This document shows positions 1 through 12,493 of a DNA stretch of 64,000 bases, one piece after another. The position numbers were made by a program, and so were the translations under genes. This DNA comes from Malacoraja senta (Eukaryota). Positions within the stretch are counted from its first letter, which is position 1; the number at the start of each line of letters is the position of its first letter. The stretch is from assembly GCA_038087875.1 (NCBI GenBank), contig CM075988.1, forward strand, positions 22,880,001 through 22,944,000, given 5' to 3'. The notes beneath the pieces were generated by a model. It made no database searches, was not told the origin of the DNA, and was given only the letters and a program-made list of their open reading frames with translations.

Positions 1-692
1 AGAAAATAGGTGCGGGAGGAGGCCATTCGCCCCTTCGAGCCAGCACCGCCATTCATTGTGATCATGGCTGATCGTCCCCAATCAATAACCCATTGAAACA
101 TAGATGGTTACCAAGAATTGAAAAAGTCAACGGTCACACTGTTGGTTGTAAGTTACTCAATGAAATATGAGGTGCTATTCCTCCAGTTTGCAAGTAGCCT
201 GCCTCTGGCAATGAAGGAAGCCCAGGACAGAAAGACCAGAATGGGAAGGGAAAATGGTTAGCAACCGGGAGATCCAGCAAACCTTGGTTGACCATAATCT
301 TCTTGATTATTATTATTTCCTATAATTCTAATTCACATTAGACTACTATCGCTGTGGTATTTTCCAGGCTAGTCACTGGCATGAGTCATATTTTATAATT
401 TTGTTTTCATTTCCAGAGCCTTTTCCTTTCAATCGTAAATTACCAGTGCTAAAAGTATAATTTTTAATTTGAACAGACTTTCGAAAGTGTCTCCAAAATA
501 TTAGTTTTAAATTCTCTTGTTTAAAAAAAATATAGATTTGGGGAATCACCAAGATTGAGATTTTTTTCCAAGATAAGATGTAGTTTGGAATTTAAATACC
601 AGTTTAGATCTTATTGTGATGAATGAGATCAAACTGAGAGATTGGGTTATTTCTGCTACTTTCACCATTTATCTGTGTGCGTTCTTTCTCAG

Positions 693-802
693 ACTGATGG
701 CAACATGAATCTAGACAGCGATGAAGGTGAAGAACCGTCACCAGAAGCGTTGGCACGATATCTTTCAATGAGGAGACATACTGTTGGTGTTGCTGATCCC
801 AG
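693..802 (+). CDS. SIK3: SIK3 coding exon (TDGNMNLDSDEGEEPSPEALARYLSMRRHTVGVADPR), contains RRHT PKA/14-3-3 motif
   Basis: AG 691-692 and GT 803-804; translation closely matches recalled vertebrate SIK3 LDSDEGEEPSPEALxRYLSMRRHTVGVADPR; phase 0 to 2. Confidence 0.95.
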
Positions 803-1931
803 GTTGGTACTAGCATTTTAGTAACTTCTCATATGCAACCAATACTAAACAAAAAAACTGTTTTGGATGCCTATACATTTGAATTTAATCCAAACCGAAT
901 GTACTTATCCCTACACATAGGGTTGGTGGCTTTTGTTTATGTGAAATGTGATAAGACTCAAACATATTCAATGATTCAGTGAGACAGGAAAGGTGATTTT
1001 ATTCCTCATTGTTTTTGGATCAGATGTAGCTAATATGAGGAGGTTTAATGCAATCCGCACTGGACTTAAATTTAGTTTTGGATTTGTATGATATTTTAGG
1101 AAATGCATTTTCAACAACAAACTTGTAATTCCCCATGCAGATGTGAAAATCATACAGCAGTCAAGACTGGGAGAGGCAAGAAGAAGAAAGGGAAAATATG
1201 TTGTGTAGGTTGGGAAGTATACTTTACTGGGCATGTAGGCAAACTGGATGTGTCCAAAGAGGAAAAAGCTTCAGTGAATTAGCAGAGCCATGCAGAAGTG
1301 GGATAGGAACAGTGGAAGGAGTTGTTTATCCTTGAAAATTCTTAGGATTTGTGAAGTTTGAACAGAGGAGAAATAACTACTTTTTGAACTGCAATTTTAT
1401 AATTCGACAGCTTAATGTAGTTTTGCTAAAAAACGTACAGCCTTCGTCTTTAAAAAAAAATAGTGTTACAGTGCCCCCTGTGGTCTAGTACAGAAAGCAT
1501 GACTTGGTGTAGCATGGAGTACTTATGCAAGAAGGTTCCAGTTACAGGATCAGATCAATATGCTCTGCCAGCATGATGGAGAGTTTATACCTGGGGTCAG
1601 TGATCTGGTGCTACACAGAAGGAAAAGTGTATATGTTTCCTGTCTTTAATTGCAATTAAGTGATCCTTTCAAGCAAATCTCTACATGAGAGCAATATAGG
1701 AACATGATCAAGCACAGCTATTATTCCATGTACTCCCACCCTCTCCTCAAAAAAGTGGACAGACAAGTTGCAGATACTCACCCTTTGACTCTAGCATCTA
1801 AAATATCAGCTGAAGCTACCACCATTGTGTATGAACAAAATTAAAATACTAAATTCCCTGCTTTGAAGAAAAAGTGGTGAAGCATATAAAGAATAATAAA
1901 ATTAAAGTTCTGATTTTTTTCCCTAATGTAG

Positions 1932-2088
1932 AACTGAAGTTCCAGAAGATCTGCAGAAATGCCACCTGCCTGGTTTTCCACGTACTGTGCCTCAGGCTCC
2001 TTTCCTGCAAGTTGTTCCAAATGTTAATTTAATGCAGAACATGCTTCCCATGCAGAATTTACAGCCAGCCACACAGCTGGAGTACAAG
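1932..2088 (+). CDS. SIK3: SIK3 coding exon (TEVPEDLQKCHLPGFP...MQNLQPATQLEYK)
   Basis: AG/GT flanks, phase 2 to 0 compatible with neighbours; matches SIK3 QAPFLQVxPNVN...LEYK. Confidence 0.95.
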
Positions 2089-2884
2089 GTATGGATGCCT
2101 TTGCTTAAAGTTTATTAATAGATAATGAATAAGATTTAACTGAAACACCCTGTTGTTCCCAAGCTAAATATCAGTAATATCCTGTAATTGAACGTGCAAA
2201 CCAATTGTCACTGTTAGTGTGGACATCTGTAACCAGAATTCTCAGTCAGGAGATTTCCATGTAATTATAAATTTAATTAGTGCAAATCTGTCACGGTGCT
2301 TCTGCACCGATCCATACATCAACATTGCCTTTCCGAGGATTTCAGCCGTACTGCAAAATATAAATAGCGCAATTTAAAATCTCCATTCCTTAAATTATTA
2401 TAAGATGAAAGTAGTTGAATTGTGGAAATTGTATCTAAGCATGTGTACATTAGAGGAATAAACATGACTTGCTCTTTGACACTCTCTTGGGATTGAGGTG
2501 ACTTACTTCCACCTCTGTTTTGTGGGTTCTGAGATAACTAATGAGGCCATAATGGGAACCATAACCTCCTCCTTGGGAGGAGCAGTTGACGGCTGATGGG
2601 TCTTGTGAGGGGATCTGTTTTTTTTTTGTCTGGAGAGGTTCGGCTTTCTTTGCTGTGAGGGGGTTTGTTTTATTTGCCCTGAGAGGTCTGTTTTCATTGC
2701 CTCAACTGTTCCTTCTTCCCTTTGAGTGGTCATGAGCCAGCAATTCCCAGAGTCAATGGTTATGTTGCATTTCTTGAAGGAAGCTTTAAGCACATCCTTG
2801 AATCATTTCCTCTGACCACGTGATAATCTTTACCCACACACTTGCCAACTCAGGCACAGAAACCCTTGTCCATTCCCTCCTCTT

Positions 2885-3390
2885 GCATAGAAAATAGGTG
2901 CAGGAGTATGCCCTTCGAGCCAGCATCCGGCTTTGTCCCCATATCCCTTGATTCCCTTGGCCCTAAGAGCTAAATCTAACTCTCTCTTGAGAAAACATCT
3001 GGTGAATTGGCCTCCACTTTCTTCCGTGGCAGAGAATTCCACAGATTGACAACTCTCTGGGTGAAAACGTTTTTCCTCATCTCAGTCCTAAATGGCTTAC
3101 CCCTTATTCTTAAACTGTGACCCCTGGTTCTGGACTCCCCCAACATCGGGAACATTTTTCCTGCATCTGTCCTGTCCAATCCTCTAAGAATTTTGTATGT
3201 TTCTATAAGACCCCTTCTCATCCTAAATTCCAGCAAATACAAGCCCAGTCGACTCATTCTTTCATCACATGTCAGTCCCGCCATCCCAGGAATTAACCTG
3301 ATGAACCTATGCTGCACTCCCTCAATAATAATAATGTCCTTCCTCAAATTAGGCGACCAAAATTGCACTCAATGCTCCAGGTGCGGTCTC
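2885..3390 (-). mobile_element. CR1-clade LINE 3' fragment (older copy)
   Basis: ORF QFWSPNLRKD...TRGHSLRI...FTQRVVNLWNSLP. Confidence 0.9.
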
Positions 3391-4573
3391 TGCTCCCTTT
3401 CAAGTGCAATTTTTAAACTCTCAAACCCGGCTGGATTTGTGTCCTGTCGATACCTGACTGTTTGCACACTCAACTACATTGTAGAGTCATAGAGCACAGA
3501 AACAGGCCTTTCTGCCCACTATGTCCATGCTGACTATCATGTACTCATCACATTTAACAACATTTCATCTGCTAGCAGTCTGTCTGGGCAATTAATATGC
3601 TCGGCTAGATACTTCTTAAATGTTGAGAGAAAATGCCTGCATAACTTACTCAGGCAGTACATTCCAGATTCCAGCCAGCCTCTGGATGAGAAAAGATCGT
3701 CTTTAGTTAATCTTCTAAATCTTTTAAACCTACTTTAAACCTAATTCCAGGCTCCAGCAGTACACCTAACAATGCTGATCCCACTATCTAATGAGCCTGT
3801 AGTATCTTATGGAGCTTGCCTGCCAAATGTTTCCAGGTAGAATTCCAGCTGGTGCAGCTGATGAGTTTTCAGATATTAAAATAAATGGACAAGATGTTTG
3901 TGGCTTCTGTGTGTAATATTCTGCGTTATTCTTTCAGAAGATGAAGCCACATTGCAGGAATGTGCAATTGGAAAAACCTGGCTTCAATCTTTTTGAATTA
4001 CTGATACCATTTGTCATTTATAAAAAGAGATGTTGGTGTTGGTACAAGGCAACATTCTTTATCCATCTCTAGTGAGATGAAATGAGGCATTTTCTCTGAC
4101 TGCCACAACTGCAATGTTTAAGAAGTAGAGAGGGAGTTCTACAGTTTTGACACAGTGAAGGAATATTATGACTGAATCAGAGAACTAAACAGTGCAGAAG
4201 AAAATCATTTACCTGTTCATGAAAATTGCGAGGGAGTTCTCCAACATTACATTTCTAGCTACTTTTGCAACAGGTTTATTTAGGTTTATTTAGGTGACCT
4301 CAGGCTGTTGATGTGATTTAGTGATAGCAGTGTCAATAACCATCGTGAGGAAACGGTAAGACTTTCTTATTGGACATCCCATTGCTTGACATATTTGTGC
4401 ACAAACCTTACTTGCCATTTACCAGCTCAAGCTAAATGCACTCGATGCCTCGCTGCATGTGAAGAACTTCTGCTTCATTACCTGAGGGGTTGGAAATGGA
4501 TCTGAAGAAAGAATAATCATCAGTAGATATCCCCATTTCTGACCTTATGTTGGAGTGAATGTCATTAATGAAG

Positions 4574-5100
4574 TTACACAAAATGCTGGAGAAACTCAGC
4601 GGGTGCAGCAGCATCTATGGAGCGAAGGAAATAGGCAACGTTTCGGGCCGAAACCCTTCTTCAGACTGATAGGGGGTGGGGAGAAGAAAGGAAAAAAGGT
4701 GGAGGAGGAGCCCGAGGGCTGGGGGATGGGAGGAGACAACCAGAGGGCTGATGAAGGGGAGGGGACAGCAAGGGCTAGCAGAGTTGGGAGAATTCAATGT
4801 TCATGCCCCCAGGATGTAGACTGCCCAAGCGGAATAGAGGTGCATTTCCTCCAATTTACGGTGTTGCTCGCTGTGGCCATGGAGGAGACCCAGGACAGAG
4901 AGGTCAGATACGGAATGGGAGGGGGAGTTGAAGTGCTGAGCCACCGGGAGGTCAGGTAGGTTATTGCGCACCGACCGGAGGTATTCGGCGAAACGATCGG
5001 CAAGCTTCCGCTTGGTCTCACCGATGTAGATCAGCTGACATCTAGAGCAGCGGATGCAATAGATGAGGTTGGAGGAGATGCAGGTGAATCTCTGTCGCAC
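4574..5100 (-). mobile_element. Penelope-like element 3' part: GIY-YIG endonuclease plus 3' terminal repeat
   Basis: FTCISSNLIYCIRCSRCQLIYIGETKRKLADRFAEYLRS...PVAQHFN, followed on the same strand by the repeat seen in all the short fold-back elements. Confidence 0.9.
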
Positions 5101-6310
5101 ATTTATGAAGTAGCTGAACATCGACAAGAACCCATTGGATTGATGTTCTGCAGCATAACAAATGTAATTTCATCAATCGGTCATCGTCCTTTGAGTTAGG
5201 TTTGACTTGTCAGTGCAGAGTTTTCTTTCAGATTACCATTGATTTTAATTTTTGTCAGAGCTCCTTGATGCCACTCGGGCAGGCATTGTTTTGCTGTCAA
5301 GGATACAAGATACAAGATACATTTATTTGTCACATGTGCCAGTTGGCACGGTGAAATGTGTGATCACCATACAGCCATACAATAAAAATGAAGAACACAA
5401 CACACGATTGAGTTCAACATAAAACATCCCCACACAGCAGAATCAAAAGTTTCCCCACTGTGTGCGAAGGCACCAAAGGACAATCATTCTTGCCTTGTCT
5501 CTGCTATAAGGATAGACTGGATCATGAATTTACTGTTTGTGGTGGAATGTAATTTTCCTGCTACGGAGGTCCCTCAGCACATGACCTGATTTGATCTAGG
5601 ATCTATCCCAAACCTAACCCATGTAGCTCACTGGTGCTGTCTTAAGTATGGTATGACTTCAACAAAGAGATTGTGTGTTGGTCACAAATGCCACTGTTGT
5701 TATGAACATGCAATTGTGACAGACATATTGGTGTGAACAAGATCAAGCAGCTTTGCTTACCGTGTTAGTTCCTTCCTTTTGTACAATCTTATTCTACAGC
5801 TGTGCCCTTCAGGATTCGACAGTCTGATCAGTGGCAATGCAACCTTATCACTTGGTAAATTGACATCAAACGTATCAGTGTAGGCGGATGAATCATTTGG
5901 ATCAGCTGGATAATTCTTTTTAGAAACTCATCAAAGTAGGTAGCCTTCTCGAGAGAACCAAACTCTACGCAATTTTTTTTCAGGTTTGCCATGGAAAAAA
6001 CATTTTGTGCTCCATGCATTTTACGTCCATTTTGAACAGGCAAAGTTTCATCCAGGTGTGTTTCCCCTGTCCCCGCTTGATCTGTCCCATTCATCTTGGT
6101 GCTAGAAGTCGGATCTGCTTTCTTGGAAAGCGGCCAGCCTAGATGGGCATGTGCAGGAATCGTGTGCCAATCAACTGGCCACAGTCTTCACTGACATCTT
6201 CAAACTTCAATGGTCATTTATTGCCACCTGCTTCAAGGAAACCTTACAGTTCCCAAGAAAAATAAAGTGGCCGATCTCAATGACTTCTCAGCCAGTAGCT
6301 CTAGCACCAA

Positions 6311-6580
6311 CTTTACTTTAGACTTTAGACACACAGTGCGGAAACATGCCCTTCAGCGTACCAAGGCCATGCCGACCAGCGATCACCCCATACACTAACA
6401 CTGTCCAACACACTAGGAGCAATTGTACAATTTTACCAAAGCCAATTAACTTACAAATCTGTATGGCTCTGGTGTGTGGGAGGAAATTCACAGGGTGAAC
6501 TTGCAAACTTTCTACAGACAGCACCGATAGTCAGGATCGAACCCGAGTCCCTGGAGTTGCAAGGCATCACTGTGCCACCC
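6311..6580 (-). mobile_element. tRNA-derived SINE with LINE-like tail; further copies near 15660-16330, 34855-35157, 36905-37213, 41610-41850, 48561-48860, 51435-51730, 53905-54057, 55745-56015, 56833-57010, 59690-59945, 61420-61550
   Basis: Recurrent head ggcacagtgg...gggttcgatcctgac, core gtgtggagtttgcatgttctccc...ttcctcccaca, and short-repeat tails; boundaries approximate. Confidence 0.8.
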
Positions 6581-6599
6581 TATCAACCATAACAAAGTG

Positions 6600-6826
6600 T
6601 TTAAGAAGGAACTGCAGATGCTGGAAAATCGAAGGTAGACAAAAGTGCTGGAGAAACTCAGCGGGTGCAGCAGCATCTATGGAGCGAAGGAAATAGGCAA
6701 CGTTTCGGCTGAACCCCTTTTTCAGACTGATACATCAGTCTGAAGAAGGGTTTCGGCCCGAAACGTTGCCTATTTCCTTCGCTCCATAGATGCTGCTGCA
6801 CCTGCTGAGTTTCTCCAGCACTTTTG
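6600..6826. mobile_element. Fold-back Penelope terminal-repeat insertion with TSD; related copies at 17311-17451, 22739-22953, 35624-35726, 38492-38751, 42790-42890, 53451-53651, 55481-55727, 57590-57801, 58836-58990, 59205-59332, 63055-63135
   Basis: Inverted arms centred near 6732; flanking direct repeat tcaaccataacaaagtg (6583-6599 and 6827-6843); arms match the Penelope 3' end at 4574-4670. Confidence 0.85.
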
Positions 6827-8233
6827 TCAACCATAACAAAGTGCTTTGAAAGATTGGTAATGGTTCACACCTGTACCAGTCTTCCAGATAATCTTGACCC
6901 CTTGCAATTTATGTACAGGTAAAGTGTGTATTGGTTGATGTCACATGTAATGAGATATAGTGGAAAATCTTTCACTGTAATAAATGTACGGAGGACATCA
7001 TCACTCTTGCACTACATTCAGCTTTGGATCACCTTGACAATAAGAACAAATATGTCAGGATGCTATTCATTGACTATTCATTGCTCAGCCTTCATCACCA
7101 TAATACTGAATAAGTTTAGACCTAAACTTCTGGTCTAAGAGAACCTCAGTGGGTTAAAATTGGTCATAACATTTTCTTCAACTTCTTTAACTTCACTGAA
7201 CATTGTTGTCTGCTGGAACATCAACAATGTGAAGATGGAGTTTAGACTCATACTGTGTGGAAACAGGCCCTTCAGTCCAACTTGCCCACTCCGACCAACA
7301 TGTCCCATCTACACCTGCCTGCGTTTGGCCGTATCCCTGTAAACCTGTCCATGCACTTGCCTGAATGTTTCTTAAACATTGCGATAGTACCTGCCTCAAC
7401 TAACTCCTCTGGCAACTTGTTCCATGTACCCACTACCATGTATGTGGAAAAGGTTGTCTGTCGGGTTCCTATTAATTCTCCCCTCTCACCTTAAACCTAT
7501 ATCCTCTGTTTTTTGATTTCCCTATTCTGGGTAAAAGACTCTGCATTCACCCTATCTATTCCACTCATGATTTTATACACCTCTATAAGATCACCCCTCG
7601 GCCTTCTGCACTCTGAGAAATAAAATCCTAGCCTACTTAACCTCTCCCTAGAGCGCAGGTCCTTGAGTCCTGGCAACATCTTCATGCATTTGTAATAAAA
7701 TGCTGGTATCAGTATTGAATGACAATGATTTACTGTTGTAAAATACATACATTAAGGGCCTTCAGGAAGGAAATCTCCCATCCTAAATATAGCTTTGAAC
7801 CACCTACATGATTGATTCTTATTTGCCGAATATTCTGCCAGGATTGAGGCATCTGTGATATAGTACGAGCAAACCTGCTTGTTTTGTTTCTCCCAGAGAT
7901 GGCACTGTAATTGTTTGCAAATGTTTCGAGCAAGTAACAAAAATTCCCTCTATGTAACCAAGCACAATGATTTTCATGTATTGTATACATTTAATTCTTA
8001 ATACATTTAATTCTTAAGTTCTGTGTTACTTTTTTAACCTTGAGTTTCTTTGTTTCTTTTGCTTCCCACAGTATTTTCCTTTTTGTACCTTCCATTCTGA
8101 TCATAAATTGATTTCCCATTGTACAATTCACTCATTCAGAATTTTTATTTTATTTTCTCAGATCAAATAATGATAAAATAATTTTAGAATGAAAGATAAT
8201 AATTAAGGAAAAGGTGCTATTGTTTATTGACTG

Positions 8234-8326
8234 TCTCTCGTGGTTTGTAGTCGGGTAGTTACCATCTCTCGTGGTTTGTAGTCGGGTAGTTACCATCTCT
8301 CGTGGTTTGTAGTCGGGTAGTTACCA
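8234..8326. repeat. Perfect tandem repeat, 3 x 31 bp (tctctcgtggtttgtagtcgggtagttacca)
   Basis: Three identical units read directly from the sequence. Confidence 0.95.
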
Positions 8327-8393
8327 TCATTCAGTAAACAGAATTTTAATTTTATGTACATATGATCCTGCATCTCTGTTTTTAATTCCTTAG

Positions 8394-8549
8394 GAACAAT
8401 CCTTACTTCAACCTCCAACGCTACAGTTGCTAAATGGTATGGGACCCCTCGGCCGACGTGCTTCGGATGGTGGGGCCAACATACAGCTGCACGCCCAACA
8501 GTTGCTAAAGCGTCCAAGAGGTCCTTCACCTTTGGTCACCATGAATCCG
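8394..8549 (+). CDS. SIK3: SIK3 coding exon, 52 codons (EQSLLQPPTLQLLNGMGPLGRRASDGGANIQLHAQQLLKRPRGPSPLVTMNP)
   Basis: AG/GT flanks, symmetric phase 0; near-identical to the mammalian SIK3 RRASDGGANI exon. Confidence 0.97.
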
Positions 8550-9753
8550 GTAAGTGGTAAACCAATTGCATCCAGTTAGCAAACTGACATCAACAAGAGG
8601 AAATTAAGAATTGGTATTATTATTTAGTATGAAACATTCAATCTTCATAGACAGGAGAGTGGTCGAACTTAAAACATCTTATTATTTTTGCACCTCTGAA
8701 CCATGCAGTACTTGCCAAGGGAGTACTAGCACTGAGCTGGCAATTGGATGAATTAGTAAGCAGGGTGGTGGCACTTTTCATTTGTTTCTAAAAGTTTCAT
8801 TTCGTATATATCACTGATGATGTGTATTTGCCATGATCAATTAGTGCAAGAGAATATAATGTTTTATTACCACCAGTGCAAGGTAAAGTCTTAATTAAAT
8901 ATAGTCCAAGGGTCTACCACATTGCAGTACCCCAGACTATTGTTAATTGGACTTTACTGGACTTCTTCCTGCACTAAACGTTATTCCCTTTATCATGTAT
9001 CTGTACACTGTGGATAGCTCGATTGTAATCATGTATTGTCTATCCACACAAGAAAAGCTTTTCACTGTACCTCGGTACATGCGTCAATAAACCAAACTAA
9101 GAGTTAGGATGCCATATTGCAGTTGTACAAAATACTAGTTAGACTGCATTTGGAATGCTGTTGTCGTCGCACTTCAGGAGAGATGTGGTAGAAATTGTGG
9201 GATTGCCGAAGAGATTCACTAGGTTGTTGCCTGGACTGGAGGATTCAAGTTATAAGGAGAGATTGGATGGGCTAGGTTTAATCTCATTTAGAATGTAGGA
9301 GGCTGAGTGGTGACCGTATAGAGGTTTACAAAATGTGAGAAACATGGGATAAATAATTATAATCTTTTTCTCAGGACAGAGGAGGGCACAGGTTTATGGT
9401 GAGAGGATAAATTTAAAGAAGTTCTGAGTGGTATGTTTTTCACACAAGGTGATGAATATTTGGAACAAGCTGCTAGAGGAAGTGATGGAAGCAGATGTAA
9501 TTACAACATTTAAAAGGCATTTGGACCAGGATAGGAAGGGAGTGGCGGATATGGTCCTAATGTGGGCAAATAGGATTAGTGTGGTTCGGCATCACGGTTG
9601 GCATGGATGTGATGGACCCTAAGGTACTTGCTTCTGTGCTGTACATTTGTATGATTCTGTGAATGTAGTCTAGAATAACTTTATAAAGCTGTAAATTGAT
9701 TTTCCTTGTAGCTCCTCTATGCCTTATACGTCAGTGTGTACTTTTTCTCACAG

Positions 9754-9827
9754 CATGCTGTGCCAGTCGTTACACCAGTGGATGAGGAGGGCTCAGATGG
9801 TGAGCCAGATCAGGAAGCTGTGCAAAG
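9754..9827 (+). CDS. SIK3: SIK3 coding exon (HAVPVVTPVDEEGSDGEPDQEAVQR)
   Basis: cag/gtatgt flanks, phase 0 to 2; matches SIK3 VTPVDEExSDGEPDQEAVQ. Confidence 0.95.
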
Positions 9828-11474
9828 GTATGTAACAGGGGTGGTGAGTTCATTTACTCACTTTCAACTTTCCATCAGAAGGAGATGTGCGTTGGACATT
9901 CTCAGGATTTACTTTGACTTCGCAGTCATGCCGTAGCTTTGTCCCAGTCTGTCATCTGCTAAAAAATATCAAACGTGGCTTCATAATTCCTTGGAAACTA
10001 CTGCAAAAGTTCTCTAGGTTGACCTCAATCTTCCATCAGCTTCAACTCATCCTATGTTCTTTTGCTACATTTCGGTGTACAAAATCCATCTCACCATGTG
10101 TTGTAAATCTCTTCACTGCTTTACACACCTCTGTGTCTCTGACTTTTACCAATTCCTACTCAGTTTACTTGCAGCTGATAGTCTAAACTTTGACTCTGCT
10201 TCACTTTTTAATCCTCAGATTTTCGTCCTTCCTTAAAATCCACCTTTCTAGGTAATCTTTGGTCATACGCTCAAACTCTTCTTTAGCTTGGAATCCTGTT
10301 TATGCCTCTCTAAAGCATCTTGCAATGTCCCTCTATGCTTTTGATGCTTCACAAGTTGCCGTTGATATTTCAGACGCAGCTGCTTGGAAAGGAGCGGAGT
10401 CATTAATCTTGGTGGGTGAATATAGTTAAGTGCTGAAAGGGACCCTCGTTCAAATATTAAAACAACATTAAATGGAATAGGTTAATTAGAGAAAATCCTA
10501 CCTCCAAGGGAGAAGTGCTCATATTTAAATCTGTATATAGCTAAGAGTCTTGCATTTAAAATTAAAATAGTAACCTAATTATGATCTGCTCTAACAGTCT
10601 GTGCTCAGCTAAACGTTTTCAATTGTTGAGATATCTATCGATATGCACAGGTAGAAAGTTATCACCACCAGATGAACCAGCAACCTTTCCACAACAATCA
10701 CCTTGTCAAATATCTTCTATTATTTCCAATCTAGAACCTGCGCTGAGCATATAAAATCAAACGATGTTTTGTGTTCTACAATAATGTATGGCACGTTACA
10801 TACTGAAACATCGCTGTTGAAATGAAACAGCATATCTATTATAGCTTATGACCCTGAGCAATGTCAGAGGAGATCAGATGATGTTAGGTAATAGTACGAA
10901 GAAGAGATCAGTTTTATTGATAGCGTCATTACACTTTGAGGATTGGCGCGGGGCTTTTCTGTTAGGATTCCTGTTGGGTGGCTTTTGGGCACTTATTCTT
11001 CCAATAAATGCATTTTATTTAAATAATCAATTCCACGTTTTGATAACTAAAAGTAGTTTAGTCTTTGCTTGTTCCAGAAATACTGCCTTGCAAATGTGGC
11101 TCTTCAGGGCAAATCAGTCCATAGAGAAACAAAGGTTATTTGATAATATATAATCATAAATCAAGCTAAACCATAGAAATAAATTAAATTGACAGATAAC
11201 AATGATAAAATATATTATTCTTACCATTAACTAACACTTCCCTGGGCATGCTAGATGCTGCCACTTAATGCAAATAAATAAACCATATGAACCTTAATAA
11301 ACACAAAACTCTATTTTAAAGAGTAAATGTCACTTCTAAAAATAAAGTTTAACTAATTGCAGTTAGTGACATTTTAAAAACTAAATTTAGCTATAGCCTA
11401 TCTACTGGACTGTAGTATTACAGTATCTACCTTATGTAGATATTTTTCAACATCAATATACACTTGTGTTGCAG

Positions 11475-11618
11475 GTATCTGGCTAACAGGTCTAAACGTC
11501 ATTCTCTCGCAATGACCAATCCTACAGCTGAGGTTCCCCTAGATTTGCAGAGGCAGCTGGGACAGCAGCAGGCAATCCGTTCACGGGCTTGGGTTCCTCA
11601 CCCTGAGCAGCACAGCCG
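11475..11618 (+). CDS. SIK3: SIK3 coding exon, 144 nt (YLANRSKRHSLAMTNPTAEVPLDLQRQLGQQ...)
   Basis: cag/gtgagt flanks, symmetric phase 2; matches SIK3 YLANRSKRHTLAMTNPTAE. Confidence 0.95.
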
Positions 11619-12341
11619 GTGAGTGGCTTTTGCACAGAAATCTGAGTCTATACCTCAGATATTAATATGGAACTACTGCTGGTTTCAGCATTCCAGACAA
11701 AACAGATTAAGATTATTTGAGAGATCGCATGTGCCCCATTCAAACTTGAAAAAAATATATAATTGTCCACATGCCTATCTTCAGAGAGTAGTCTGAAATA
11801 CTAGAGAGTCGTTTATGAACAATACATGTTTCCAATCCAACTGAATCCTTTGGAGAGGCAGAGGTAGTACATCAATTAGCAAAGGATCCCAGAATATCAT
11901 TGACCATCACCAAGCAATCAGTTATGGAGCAGCAAACATTGAGAATCTCTCAATTGCTTGTCCTTTGTAGCAGAGAATAGTGTAAAAGCTGGGAAAATAT
12001 AGAAGAATACAAATAGCAGATTTAAGAAACTGGTCAATGTATCATTACCAGTTGCATAATTTATGCAGTGAACAATGTGTACATTTATTTATTGTTGTTT
12101 CTTACACATTGTTCAGACTGGTAGCATAAAGGGGAGATCTGAAGAAAACAAAGGGTTTGTAAGATTATGCAATATACATATTTATTATCTTACACAATAT
12201 TTATAATATTACATATAATCTTGAAAGATTATTCAGGTATGGTAGATGATTATGTGCAAACATTTAAGAGAAAATATAAAAAAGAAAATTAAGCGGTCGG
12301 TACAAGAAGAGAACAGAAAATGAATGAGGTAAGATCACTTC

Positions 12342-12446
12342 AGGGCCTGTCCCACTTAGGCGACTTTTCAGCGGACTGCCTGCGACCTTCAAGCTCGCGG
12401 CACTTGCCTGAAAAACCGCGAACTGGAACGGCGACCGTCAGAGCGG

Positions 12447-12493
<47 letters not shown>

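Noticed and set aside
8234..8326. CRISPR-like 31-bp repeats
   Set aside because: Head-to-tail with no spacers, in a vertebrate intron
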